This document shows, piece after piece, positions 11,091 through 23,855 of a DNA stretch of 64,000 nucleotides (the first letter of the stretch is position 1; every line of letters starts with the position of its first letter). The DNA is from Squalus acanthias (Eukaryota). A program made the translations under genes and the position numbers. The DNA lies in assembly GCA_030390025.1 (NCBI GenBank), contig CM059432.1, forward strand, positions 132,928,001 through 132,992,000, written 5' to 3'. Under the pieces are notes generated by a model that saw nothing but the letters and a program-made list of their open reading frames with translations, was not told where the DNA came from and did no database searches.

Positions 11091-11981
11091 GGGGGAGAAA
11101 TTCAGTATCGCCCCATTTGGGGCGCAATTATCGGCCGGGCGCAAAGATTAGCGCCTGGCACTAATTATCGCCACCGACTGCAAACTTGACTTTTATCGCC
11201 CCTGGAGGTGATTGGAGCGCTAAATCAGGCGCTTCACACCTGTCTTAAGGCGCAAAGGCCGAGGAGAGAGGCGCTACCTCAGAGCGCTGGCGAAGCTCAT
11301 GTAATGTCAGTCAGCAATGGAACACACACACAATGGCACGGGCCAGTTCTTAAAGGGGAATGTTAATCTCACTTTCCATCCACATCCTACTAATTGCAGC
11401 CTTGAATCTCGGCCTGGAGAGACCTGCACATCAAATCTGCTGGAAAGAACAATGGAGAGTACCAGGCAAAGAGCTCAGAGTGCAGCCCCCACAGTCTCTT
11501 CTAAATCGATACAAGGAATGGCAAATCAAAATGAACCTGCAAAGTGCTGCTCAGTACCCAAAACTCCTTCACACAACGTTGAAACTCTCCAGAAGTCTCT
11601 CTCTCTCCCTCTCAATGCGTAGTTCAAAAATGGCACCAACAATAAAAGGCAGGAAGTGGTCACCTTTAAATAGCGCTCCCCCTTTCCCTTCATGACTGCA
11701 GGACGCTCCACTCAAACTGTCGTTGCTAGCGTCAGGCGGTAAGGCAGGGGGCGCCACTCAATATCCGCTCCGGGGCGATACCAGGGCGTTGCGCACTCGA
11801 GTGACGTCACGATCTGCCGGCGCAGGTGATCGTGGTGGTAGTGTTTAGCGCCGCCGCAAAATGTCTAGTTAATTTCGCGAGCGGCGCAAACTTCGCCGCG
11901 CCTGGGCGCTAGATGCTTTGCGCCCCATTAGCGCCCTCTTAAGGCGCTAACGGGAGGCGCAACCAACTGAATTTTTCCCCC
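11091..11981. mobile_element. Harbinger-type MITE, family B-related
   Basis: TIR GGGGGAGAAATTCAGT / ACTGAATTTTTCCCCC (15/16), TSD AAA; subterminal GGCGC-rich sequence shared in inverse orientation with 1859-2566. Confidence 0.88.
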
Positions 11982-12075
11982 AAAGAATATAAATAAGAAA
12001 GACCACGGTGCATTCCAAACCAGAATCCCATAGTTTGAGAATGAAAGGGCAGAAGGACCAGCAGTGAGAATTAAG

Positions 12076-12968
12076 AACAGAAAATTCTGGAAATACTCGG
12101 CTGGTCAGCGTCTGGAAAAGAAACGCAGGCCAACATTTCGGGTGGGTTCTGATGAAAGAAAGCCTGTATTTTCTGATCCCTACGGGTGTGTACATTGCTG
12201 TGTACACACCCGTAGGGACATCGGAAATGTTGGTCTCAGGCATGCGAAGCGCATGCGCTGAAAACCGACATTTTCGATCGGTCAAGAATCCTCTTGACAG
12301 ATCGGGACGCCTGCCCTGAAGAAGGGCCTCTGCGGGCAGATAGTTCCGCTTTCTGCAGAACCTCCGCCTGCTGAAAACCCTTAGAATTCTTTCGCCTGGT
12401 AAAAGCAGGCATAAGGCCTGCTTTTACCAGCATAAGAGTTTAAAAAAGTTTTTTTAAAAATTTCACTCATTTATAATTTATAAAATCTTTTAAAAAAGTA
12501 AGTTTATTTTTAGCCCTGTAAAAAACTTTAATTATTTTTTCCCAAAAATTAAATTTTTGTTTAAAATATTTAATTTAATGTAATTTTAACTCATTTTGAA
12601 AACGTGATGGTGTTTTAAGAATGTATTTAATGTTTTGATGTGTTTTTGGGGTGATCTCCATTCATATATTGACAGGTCTATCTGTCAAAAGTATGAAGGA
12701 AGATTCCTTCTCCTATTGGCTCCCCATGGCCCACGTGATCCCAGGGACGCTTGCGAACCGCCTGAGCCCCTGGGATACGTGGGCCCTGCGCATTTCAACT
12801 GGGGAGAGGCCCAGGAGCGGAAGTGACCGGACCTCGGGAGCCCTCAGGCAAGGGCGTAGATTTTTTCCCGATAGAGGAGGCATCCGCACGCAGGAAGCCT
12901 CCTATCGGAAATTACAGGCCCAGTATAAAATATTAACCTGTCTTTCTCTTTCAGATGCTGACTGACAT
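12076..12968. mobile_element. Decayed Penelope fold-back terminal repeat split by a family C MITE
   Basis: AACAGAAAATTCTGGAAATACTC...GGTTCTGATGA on the left and AAAATATTAACCTGTCTTTCTC...CAGATGCTG on the right match the terminal repeat at 36990-37090 and 21134-21313. Confidence 0.65.
12161..12920. mobile_element. Harbinger-type MITE, family C
   Basis: Full-length inverted homolog of 3907-4663; TIRs partly decayed. Confidence 0.9.
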
Positions 12969-13316
12969 GCCATGGCACCGCGGTATTCCCTGGCCTTTGT
13001 TGGAGCAGTCTGCAACAGTTCCCTTTAAGGACCACTGGCGAGGCCCACTCTACACCCAGCACCACTGGCGCATGCTCCACCCATTTGGACCTGAAAACTG
13101 TCTCGGGTGCTACAGCTGACAAAGGACACTGATTTAAATATTTGAATGAGGCATCCCCCCCGCCCTGCCTGTTTCGGGCAGGAGCGCTTCTCACCCATTT
13201 TGAGGCCTGCTTGAAGATAGAGTCTGGCGGGCAGTCGGTTTTTTGTTAAATTTTCGCCTGGCTACCACTCTAGTTTTCAATGTGAGCGGGACAATAGGCT
13301 GATGAAAATCAGCCCC
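12969..13316. mobile_element. Partial Harbinger-type MITE (right end only)
   Basis: Ends in AAAATCAGCCCC, the same TIR class as family A; left TIR not seen. Confidence 0.5.
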
Positions 13317-13684
13317 ATAATATTTTTAATTGTGGTCGGCTCACACTTGGGAATAGGAATCAAATCAGCATGCCGAAGTATAAAGTATCCTATATTGAAG
13401 AGAAGAGGTTTCCGTGCAGTGCACCACAGGAGGCGAGTTACAGCTTTGCAACAAATATTTTTTTAAACTTCTGTTCGTAGAGATCTTCCATCTCAGCTTT
13501 ATTTCCCTGGAAGTCAGAAATCCCATCCTTGCGTTTTACACATTTGCTTGTCCTGGAGGGTGCAGTTATGTACGTCAGGTGCTGGACAGATAATAAAAAG
13601 TGTTAAATGTTACTTTTCATTTTTTAAATCATGGAATCGTAGAATGGTTAATGCACAGAAGGAGGACATTCAGATTTTTGACTT

Positions 13685-13795
13685 CCACATTACAACAGTT
13701 ACTACACTCCAAAAGTACTTCATTGGCTGTAAAGTGTTTTGAGACATCCGGTGCTCGTGAAAGGCGCTATAGAAATGTAAGTCTTTCTTTTTTTT
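13685..13795 (+). mobile_element. DeuSINE 3' tail fragment
   Basis: ACATTACAACAG...GTACTTCATTGGCTGTAAAG...AAAGGCGCTATAGAAATGTAAGTCTTTC. Confidence 0.8.
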
Positions 13796-13974
13796 CTTTT
13801 TCCAGGGAAATAATGTTAATATGCTCTCGTTCTCACAGGGGCACAGTTTTCTTCCAAAACATTTTCATTTACAAAAAAGTCACAATTTAAATCAAAGTAA
13901 TAAAGATTGATTTCCTAATGAATAAGATTTCAGCACTCTCTGCCCCCCCACCTTGTCTGTCTTCAAAATTAGGT

Positions 13975-14332
13975 CAGACTGTGGCCAATTCTGGGCACCA
14001 CACTGTAAGAAGGATGTCAAGGCCTTAGAGAGGGTGCAGAGGAGATTGACCAGAACAATACCAGGGGGGCTTCAGTTATGTGGAGAGACTAGAGAAGCTG
14101 GGATTGTTCTCCTTAGAGCAGAGAAGGTTAAGGGGAGATTTAATTGAGGTGTTCAAAATTATGAAGGGATTTTGATAGAGCAGATAGGGAGAAAGTGTTT
14201 CCACTGGCAGGAGGGTCGGTAACCAAAGGACACAGATTTAAGATAATTGGCAAAAGAACTAGGGGGGCGATGAGGAGAAATTTGCACTGCCAGAGAGGAC
14301 GGTGGCCTCCTTCTGTACTGTATGATTCTATG
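13975..14332 (+). mobile_element. CR1 LINE 3' fragment
   Basis: [23 protein letters not shown] followed by a CTATGATT-type tail. Confidence 0.88.
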
Positions 14333-14908
14333 ACTGCATAATGTGCAGTGACAGGGCCTGTGAACCAGGGCCTCTGGATAACAAGGTTTCGAAATTGCTT
14401 CTAGTTCTTTTAAAGAGAGAATATTTTTAAATCTGATTTGTTTTTAATGCTGGTGGTAGAATTGGAACACGATGGATCATGCCAGTAGAAATGTCAAATT
14501 AATGCCTTTTATTAAATTGAATAAATGGGGTTTACAGAAGCTATCTAATCGTCTTCTCAAAGGGAACTAGTGATAGCGCTGCCTGCAGAAGCTGAGCCAG
14601 TTTTAAACACCTATGAAACCCATCGCTGCATAGGGACCCCCAATAAATGTGAGGTGGGGCGTGGGGGTGGCTGGGCTATCCTGCCAACCAATACTGACAT
14701 CTGTCCATCCACACCCAGCAAACAAATCTATTGACAAGTTGGGGATAGCGATCGACCCATTCCTAGGATTCCTAATACTGGTGGGCAGAGGTTTACAGAG
14801 TAAAATGACACTGATATTTCTACTCCTTTTAAGAAGGTTTAATCAACATCTGCCTTTCTGTTTTGGAGAAGGGGGGCATTTTAAAATATAACCACCGCTG
14901 TGAATATT

Positions 14909-15675
14909 GGCCCAGATTTTGCGTTAATAATAACGGTGAGGCTAAAAGCGCCCATTGTTATTATGTAGTAAATTGGACAGCAACTTCTGACGTCCGCACA
15001 TGCACATTTAAATGCGGAAATCCAGAAGTTGCTATCAGAGATACCCCGCTCCTCCACAAGCTGCACTGTAACAGTCCTCGCCAATAGACTTGGCATTGAA
15101 AGACATGCAATGGCATGAAGTTGGGGTACTTGCCCACTAGCTCCCCACTAAAGATGCCATAAAAAGTTGGGGCTGGTGCATTCAGGGGTAAGTGAATTTT
15201 TAATGGCGTGATAAGTGATAATTACTGCTAAACAACCTCTCTGCCCCTGAAAATTTAATTTAACAAATGTGGAGTCTCATTCCTTCAGAAGTTAATTAGT
15301 GTTGGAGATTTAATTTTTTTTTTACTTTTTCTGTCTCTCTCTTTTATTTATCACTCCTAATCCCATGTGTCTGTCCCAATCTTTATTCCGCTTTCTGTAC
15401 ATGATTTAAATCTAATTTATACTTCCTGTTTTATAGTTCCTGGTTTAGACTCTGCGTGGCACAGTGAGATTCTTCAATCTGATTGGTTGAAGAGCCTTGC
15501 TGTTTCTTGATTCTGCTCACACACACCTCAGATGGCCTGTAGAGGGCGCCGCGCTGGGTCAGGCACCAGATTAGAGCACGTCTCCACTCTAAAACCCGCA
15601 AAAACTTTGTGGGCAGCTGTCAGCGAGGTGAACAGCGAGCGCCATTCCTTCGCCGCTGACCCCAACATCCGGGCC
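14909..15675. mobile_element. Harbinger-type MITE, family D
   Basis: Ends GGCCCAGATTTTG / CAACATCCGGGCC; an older inverted homolog lies at 44703-45397. Confidence 0.75.
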
Positions 15676-16049
15676 CTTGTAATTGCTTATTTAAATTGAT
15701 CAAGCTACCAGGGCTGTGCAATGCATAGATTGTCATTCTCTGAAGAGCTGTCTCCCTATCGTGAAGGGGAGACAGTCACTTACTGGAGCACACAACCTCC
15801 TATCTCCCCTCTCCCAGAGCTTCTGTTTCCCTCATTACACCGTCAGCTCCACAGTGGGGATGACCTGGGAAGAGCTGCTGCTTACGTTTGTAATTTTGAG
15901 ATATAGTTTTCTTCCTTTTTGACTTGTGCGTTTTAGAGCTGGTAGAACAATTTTCAACCAGCGGTCACTGCGCCAATCATTACCTGGGACAAATACTTGC
16001 TCGTCACATCCCAAAATAATCGCAGCGATGAATTCTTTTCAAAGATATC

Positions 16050-16846
16050 GGCCCGTATTTTGCGGCCCCTACGGGTGCGTACGAGGTGCGAACGCGCCCG
16101 TAAAGGCCGCGCAAGTTCTGGGTATTCGCTCGCGAAGCGCATGTGCGAAAACCCGGAGCTTGTGATCTGTCAAAATTCTTCTTGACAGATCATCTGCATC
16201 CCCGGGAAAAGGGCATCCGCGGGCGGAGAGTTGGGCTTCTGTGAAGCTGTCTACTGACATTCTCTGTGGTTTTGAATTCAAGACCTCATCAAACCTCTTT
16301 CTTCTGCAGAAATGAGATGGTTGTTGCATTGGAGAATGCAATGGCCATCTGTCATCTCTACCGCGGAGGTGCGAGACTCTCCGCATACCCACCGACTGAA
16401 GCCTGCAGGAAGAAACAAAGGTAAGTAAACTTTTTCTAACACTTTCCACTTACCTCAGATACTCACCTCTCCACACTTGCACCCATCACTTACCTTCACA
16501 GCACACTTTTGCAGCCCTCCGACCCCCGCAGACCCACTACTCGCCTCGGTGACCCTGGCGGGTATCGGAGCCTTCGGGAAGCCTGCACTTGTGTGGGCAA
16601 AATGGTGATAAGCCTATTTTCTGCCTGTTAACTACCTGTTAACAGGCAGTTAAGTGGCTGTAGTAACTTTCCGCCTCCAAGGTGATGGGACCCGGCGCGG
16701 GACGGCTACCCGCCTCCTGGCAAAGTGGCATGGAGGCGGGTTGGGGGCTGGTTGGGAGCGGGTTGGGCACCCGCCCCCAAATTCTACCATTTTCCCGGCA
16801 GTCCCGCCTCCATACCCGCCTCCCCAGGGCTGGCAAGATCGCGCCC
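16050..16846. mobile_element. Chimeric MITE: family C-like end (16050-16240) fused to family A (16240-16846)
   Basis: Left part aligns to 28708-28900 and right part to 22700-23289; flanks ATC and CAG do not match. Confidence 0.8.
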
Positions 16847-17082
16847 CAGGTTTCAAAATTAATTCATCATCGTTAAGAACTTCTGACCCATTGAAGCTGG
16901 ATTTATTATTTTAAATTGATACGTAATATTTCTGGAAACAGATACTGTGGTTGTGCAGGTTCGATTAGCAACTGACTTGAAGTGGAGTGGGAGGAATGAG
17001 GGGACAGATGTGGTTTGCGTGAACATCTGGAGGTGCACTACTCTGGCCATTATGTGTAACAACAATGTAAATACAACAGGTG

Positions 17083-17350
17083 TACAACAACTTGCATTTA
17101 TATAGCGCCTTTAACGTAATAAAACACCCCAAGGCGATTCACAAGAGCGTTATCAGACAAAATTTGACACCGACCCACTTGAGATATTAGGACAGGTGAA
17201 CAAAAGCTTGGGCAAAGAGGTAGGTTTTAAGGAGCGTCTTAAAGGAGGAGAAAGAGGCGGAGAGGTTTAGGCATTTCAAATTAGTCAATTCCAAAGCATG
17301 GGGCCTAGGCAGCTAAAGGCATAGCTACCAATGGTGGAGCGACAAAATTC
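17083..17350 (-). mobile_element. L2 LINE 3' fragment
   Basis: CAACAACTTGCATTTATATAGCGCCTTTAACGT...AAAGAGGTAGGTTTTAAGGAGCGTCTTAAAGGAGGAG, homologous to 45640-45870; further L2 remnant at ~17860-17970. Confidence 0.8.
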
Positions 17351-17989
17351 AAGGATTTACCATGTTTATGCACCTTGCAAACAGAGTTCATCCTGGCCTG
17401 ACATCCATTTATCAGTCCTGAGGTTTAGTAATGCATTTAATTTATCTAAATTATTGACTTAACAAAAAAAATCATTACATTTTCTCATATTGAAGAATGT
17501 TGTGTGTATGATGAAGATTATTGGTGGCATAGAAACAATTTATGCTTAGGCTGGATCGCCTTCCGTTAACTACAGTGAAAAGGGGAGAAAAAGAGTAATG
17601 AAGCCAGAAGGGGTTTTGATAAGTTATTATTCAATTATCTTTCTGCTCCCGTTTAGTTTAAAACATTTTGAGTGGAAAACGCTTGTGAGTGGAAAGGAAC
17701 ATGCTGGTGGTGGTTGAGGGTGGTTATGGAGAAGGGCCACCATAATTAAACTTGCTGGGGCCTTGAAGATGCTAAGGTCTGCACCTTGCAGACAGGAACA
17801 GGCTAAACAGTCTATCGTATGAGAAGGAATCTCTATCAACAGTATGTTTTAATATCAACTGCAGGTGAACGGAGCATTCGGGGAAGATTGGAGCGGGTCG
17901 CAGAGATAGGGTGGGGCAAGGCCATGGTAGGATTTGTAGATGGGCACAAGAATTTCAAGTGCAAAATGTTGGGGACAGAGGGCCAACGT

Positions 17990-19285
17990 GGGCAAGTGAA
18001 TGACTGAAGAAGTTGAAGGAAGACAAGTCGCCAGGGCTGGATGGACTTTGTACAAGGATACTTAAGAAACGAGTAGTAAAATCGGTCAAGACCTTGACAC
18101 AATCTAAGGGAAACTTCAGAAATGGGAGTAGTGCCCGAGGACTGGAAAATAGAAAACACATTTTTTTTTAAAGGGAAAATGTAGAAAACTACTACAGGCC
18201 AGAAAGCCTAACATCTGCTGTGGGTAAAATATTAAAAGACAACCTGAAAGAGAAGATAATAAAACACTTAAATAGGTGTAGTACGGTAAGAGGGAATCTA
18301 CATGGATTTCTGGAAGGGAAGTCTTGCCTAACAAATTAACTGGAATCCAAGAGGAAATGGCCAATTACATTGACGATGGAAATTCTGTGGATGTTATACA
18401 TTTGATGCAGTGCTACACAAACAATTAGTCCACAAAGTAAATCGGTTAACCCAGAGAAAGTAAAAAGTAGTTGAGTTGTGAATGGATCTGTATCAACATA
18501 CAAGGGGTCACGAGCGATGTACTGTCGAAAGAGATGCTGCAGCCGTTGCTGGTTACCACTTACATGAATGATTTGAAGCTGGGCAGCAAAGCTGTCCAAG
18601 TTTGTAGATGACAACAAATTAGGGAGTGGAAGGAGCTTCAAACATTGGGGAGAAGGTAAACTAAATACCTGCTCTCTGGATAGTTTTGGAAGGTAAGTGA
18701 ATGAATGGCAACAGAAAGGTTGAACAGCCTGGGGTTCTCAGGAGAGACATTATTCGAGGTTCTCAAGGGAATAGATAAATTGAACCTGATGTTTGCAATT
18801 TGCACCGTCAAGGTCTTAGAAGGTGCAGAGGAGATTTACCAGAATGGTACCAGGGATGAGGGAATTCATTTATGTAAAGAGACTGGAGAAGCTGGGATTG
18901 TTCTCCTTAGAGCAAAGAAGATTAAGGGGTGATTTAATAATTGTTCAAATTTATGAGAGGTTTTAATAGGGTAGATGGGGAGAAACTGTTTCCACTGACA
19001 GGAGGGGCGGTAACTAGAGGACACAGATTTGAGATATTTGGCAAAAAAGCTGGGAGTGGGGGGAAGGAGATGAGGACACATTTTTTTACTCAGCGAGTTT
19101 TTAAGATCTGGAATGCATTGCCTGAAAGGGTGGTGGAAGCAGATTCAATAGAAACTTTCAAAAGGAAATTGGATCTCTGCTTAAAAAGGAAAAATGGGGA
19201 GTGGGACCAATTGGATAGCTCTTTCAAAGAGCTGGCACAGACACGATGGGACGAATGACCTCCTTGCTGTATCATTCTATGATAA
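17990..19285 (+). mobile_element. Heavily decayed CR1 RT region plus better-preserved CR1 3' end
   Basis: Remnants of NYRP, HGF, KFVDD motifs; ORF 18941 FKFMRGFNRVD...FFTQRVFKIWNALP; tail TTCTATGAT. Confidence 0.8.
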
Positions 19286-20854
19286 CTGCAAACTCTAGGA
19301 CCGATGGACATTGGCGATCAACCAGACAGATTGCAGGCTTTTCCAGTCTTTAACTTACATGCATTCTTAGATGGCTCCTGTGGAGCGAAAGCGAAATAAC
19401 AGCACAGACTTCATGGGCTGAATGACCCATTTCTGTGCTCTTAACATTATGTGGCTCGATTCAACCCAACACACCGCAACAAGCACTTGAAGAAAGAATC
19501 TGCCTGGCATCTGCCAAACAGAGCAAGTGAAGGCCAGACTGCACCTGGAACGAAGGAGGACACGAGAAGAAAGAAGGTACGGACCTCCTTCCTGTAGGCC
19601 CACCCACTCTGTGCCTTCACAACCAAAAGGGTCTCTAGGCCGACCTTTGAATGATCAAACCAGATTCTTCATTTCATGAATGCATTTGTCATACATGCCA
19701 ACCCTATGGACTGTCGGCGTTTGCACCTTTTTTTTATGCCTGCTTGTTAAAGTTAGCTGATACTAAACCATTTCCTTCAAACTTTTTGTACATGGCTCTG
19801 CACAGCTCCCCCATGAGCCTCGAGCTGCTTGGCCACTTCATTCGAGTGACTGGTGGGTAAAGACATAAAAGATTTTAGCGCTGCTGTTCTTGCGCTTTTC
19901 CAGCACACAAACTCTGGGAGCAGATTCTTGCTTTGTCACTGCCCATCGTCAGTACATCACAGGACTGAAACAGGGGAATTCCACTGAGAAAAGCTCGGCT
20001 TGCTCAGAGAGAAATGGAGCTTTCTTCAAATAAAACTGTTGAAAATGGATTCTTCAAGATTCCTTTGAAGGATTAGATGTCTGGAGCTTTTGAGGACACT
20101 CGGAAGGGTGCACCAGTAAAGTATGCAATCATGTCACCATGCTGCTGACGAAAATTCACCTTTTGATTCAGGAGGTCGACTATGCAAAAGAAGGGCTTGT
20201 GAGATCTTTTACCTGGTCTTGAGTGACCTGATTAGTTGATCGGTAGCATAGTATACTGCAAATTCATATTATAAAAAGAAAACCTGCTAACTACTGCCCA
20301 GTGACGCCTGTTCAAATTATTACATGGTCCTTAAAACCTGGGGGGGAGGGGAAGAATAATGTTAGTTAATTTTTAATTTTTTTAAATTATTTAGTATATT
20401 AAAAAAAATAACCTTTGTAACCCTGGGTCACATTCTCCCTCAGTTAAAGCTGGAGAATAATTTATTCAACACAATTTGCTGAGGTACTTCTAGAAAGACC
20501 AGAACCTGGGGAACAAATCCCAACCCCCCAGCTGTTGTCAGGGTCCCCAGATTGTGAAAGTGAGAAGTCGGTCTTTTCCCATTCACTCCATGTAGATGCG
20601 AGTGTGCACGAACACTAGGGTCGATACCTAGACAAGAATTATTATCAAGGGCACCAGATGACTTCTTAACCCTTCACCTTAGCCCGCCGTCAAAGAATCA
20701 TCGGAGGTTTAACATCCAGTTTATGCCTAGAATTAATGTTGCCCAAATTAAGCTCGCCAAACTGGCTTACAACCAGTTTAAATTATATTGGCATTTACGC
20801 TACTAACCTCCCGTCAGGATCTGCACAAGGTACTGTGAGAATGAATTGCCAATT

Positions 20855-21800
20855 CATAGAAACATACAGCACAGAAGGAGGCCATTCAGCCCATCGTGTC
20901 TGTGCCAGCACTTTGAAAGAGCTATCCAATTAGTCCCACTCCCCTGCTCTTTCCACATAGTCCTACAAATTTCTCCTTTTCAAGTATGTATCCAGTTCCC
21001 TTTTGAAAATTACTATTGGTTCTGCTTCTACCATCCCTTCAGGAAGTGCATGCCAGATCATTATAACTCGCCGCGTAAAAACATTTCTCCTCAATTACCC
21101 CATGGGTTGTTGCTTCAATTATCTTAAACCTTTATACAAAAAGAAAATACTGCAGATGCTGGAAATCTGAAATAAAAACAGAAAATGCTGGAGATACTCA
21201 GCAGGTCAGGCAGCATCTGTGAAGAAAGAAACAGAGTTAACGTTTCAGGTCATCGTGTTTCTCTCTTCACAGATGCTGCCTGACCTGCTGAGTATCTCCA
21301 GCATTTTCTGTTTTTATCTTAAACCTTTGTCCTCTGGCTACTGATCCTCCTGCCAGTGGAAACAGTTTGTCCTATCTACTCTATCAAAACCCCTCATAGT
21401 TTTGAACACATCTGTTAAATCTCCCCTTCTCCTTCTCTGCTCTAAGGAGAACATTCCCAGTTTCTCTAGTCTCTCCGCATAACCGAAGCTCCCTCATCCC
21501 TGGTACCATTCTGGTAAATCTCCTCCGCTCCCTCTCCAAGGCCTTGACATTCTTCCTAAAGTGTGGGGCCCATAATTGGACACAATGCTCCAGCTGAGGC
21601 CTAACCAGTGATTTATGAAGGTTTACCATAACTTCCTTGCTTTTGTGCTCTATGCCTCTATTTATAAAGCCAATAATCCTGAATGCATTTTTAATAGTCT
21701 TATCAACTTGGCCTGCCACCCTCAAATATATGTCCACATACACCCCCAGGTCGCTCAGTTCCTGCACCCCTTTGAAATGGTACCATTTAATTTATATTGC
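20855..21800 (-). mobile_element. CR1 LINE 3' fragment interrupted by a Penelope hairpin
   Basis: ORF 21384..21767 DLGVYV...LVRPQLEHCVQLWAPH; CR1 3' UTR at 20855-20960. Confidence 0.9.
21134..21313. mobile_element. Fold-back Penelope terminal-repeat insertion
   Basis: 62-bp arms 21172-21233 and 21256-21317 (1 mismatch); 15-bp TSD TTATCTTAAACCTTT (21119-21133, 21314-21328); same sequence as the 3' end of the GIY-YIG element (37030-37090). Confidence 0.88.
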
Positions 21801-22509
21801 AAATTAAATAATCAAAGAAGTCAGACAACAAAGCCTTGATTTAACAATTATTTATGAATCTTAAAATCATATTTAACAATAAATAATTATGCAAATAATT
21901 AGATTTAATTGACCAACTAAATAGCAGACGTTACATAGGCCACAGTAACTCAGCTGTAACGGCTTGCTGATTATGTATTTACAGTTGAGATCAGTATCTG
22001 AGATTGATATCAATTGGTGAGATTAATTTAGTATTAGCTGACAAGTTAAATACATTAGATAGCCAGTGTATTGGATAGATTAAAGTCTTTATGCTTGTCG
22101 TTAACAATGTTTCCAAAAAGTTCATCATGATGAGCTGCCACAGATGAAGTGGTTGACTCATCATCATCTGGGAGGATGGTGTTAGTCTTCAGAGATGTAG
22201 AAGTGATGAACCCGCATCTGTAGAAGTGCTATCTGATCTTCCTGGGTTCTCTGCTTCTGGGTAAATTCATCTTCTGCATTGGTAGCTGCATCTCGACTAG
22301 CTGGCTTAAACCTCGGCTCCTTTGGTCTCAGTACAACTTACATCTAAGTGACAAACTTGTATTTACCTGGTATAGCCATGCAATCTTAACTTCTGTAGCC
22401 TTCTCGTTCTGTCCGAGATGCACTTTCTGATTTTTAGAGACACCTTTCTACATATACTAGACAAAGTATGACTAAAAGAACTAGAAATAAACTAGAAACT
22501 AAGGACTGA

Positions 22510-23289
22510 GAGGGTGATTTTGTCAATGGGGGCGCATTGGAGGCGGGACTGCTGCTTGTCGGGTTTTAGTCCCGCCTCCATCGACTTGTGGCCAACGGGC
22601 TTAGCAGGCCAATTAAGGGGAAGCCGGTTACAGAGAACGTCAGCGTATGACGTTTCATCTGTCAAAAGTTTTTGACAGATGAATTGTCATCGTTTGACAG
22701 CTCTGTGAAGCTGTCAAACACTGACATTCTCTGTTGTTTGATGAGTCCTTGTATTCAAGACTCATCAAACCTCTTTTGTGAGCAGAAATTAGATGGTTGT
22801 TGCATCGGAGAATGCAGCAGCCATCTGTCATCTCTGCCGGTGAGATGCGAGACTCTCCGCATCCCCAATTGTTGAAGCCTGCAGGAAGAAACAAAGGTAA
22901 GTAAACATTTTCTATCACTTTTCTCTTACCGTACACACTTACCTCGCCACACTTGCACCCATCACTTACCTCCACAGCGCACTTTTGGACCCCCCCACAG
23001 ACCCACTGCTCGCCTCGGTGACCCTGGCTGGGTTTCCCGACGTTGGGAAGCCCGCACCTCTGCTGGAAAAATGGGGATAATCCTCCTAACTGCCTGTTAA
23101 CCTGTTAACAGGCAGTTAAGTGGCTGTAATCCCCTTCCCGCCTCCAGGAGACGGAACCCGGCGCGGGTCAGCTACCCGCCTCCTGGGAAGATGGCACGGA
23201 GGCGGGTTGGGGGCGGGATGGGTACCCGCCCCCAGATTCTGCCATTTTCCCGGCAGTCCCGCCTCCCCAGGGCTGGCAAGATCGCGCCC
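22510..23289. mobile_element. Harbinger-type MITE, family A
   Basis: Ends GAGGGTGATTTTGTCA / TGGCAAGATCGCGCCC, TSD TGA; colinear with 756-1602. Confidence 0.88.
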
Positions 23290-23540
23290 TGAACGTTAGT
23301 GTATCTTGTATATCCTTAATTTCCATTAATTGCTTGATTCTATTGACCAATCTTAGTGACACATGTTAGAATAGTTAGGACCTCTGGTATCAATCACTTC
23401 ACACAGCTTTGTTGGTAACCTTGATGATCTCCAAATCAATGATGCGCCAGCACCTAAACATGCCAGGTCACTTGTTTACATCCTAGCTTCAGGTCCGATA
23501 ACAAAGGGCCTCATAAGGTCCTGAAAAGGCAGGACATAGC

Positions 23541-23855
23541 TTTTTTTTAAAAATTCATTCTTGGGATGTGGGCATTGCTATCAAGGATATGCCCATCCCT
23601 GATTGCCCTTGAGAAGGTGGTGGTGAGCCGCCTTCTTGAACCACTGTAGTCCGTGAGGTGAAGGAAACTCCCACAGTACTGTTAGGATGGAAGTTTCAGG
23701 ATTTTGACCCAGCGACGATGAAGGATCGGCAATATATTTCCAAGCCAGGATGTTGTGTGACTTGGAGGGGTACTTGGAGGTGGTGGTGTTCTCAGGCTCC
23801 TGCTGCCCTTGTCCTTCTAGGTGGTAGAGGTCGCGGGTTTGGGAGGTGCTGTTGA
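23541..23855 (-). mobile_element. CR1-group LINE family 2, 3' fragment
   Basis: Reverse complement of 7360-7680 including the T-rich tail. Confidence 0.9.
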
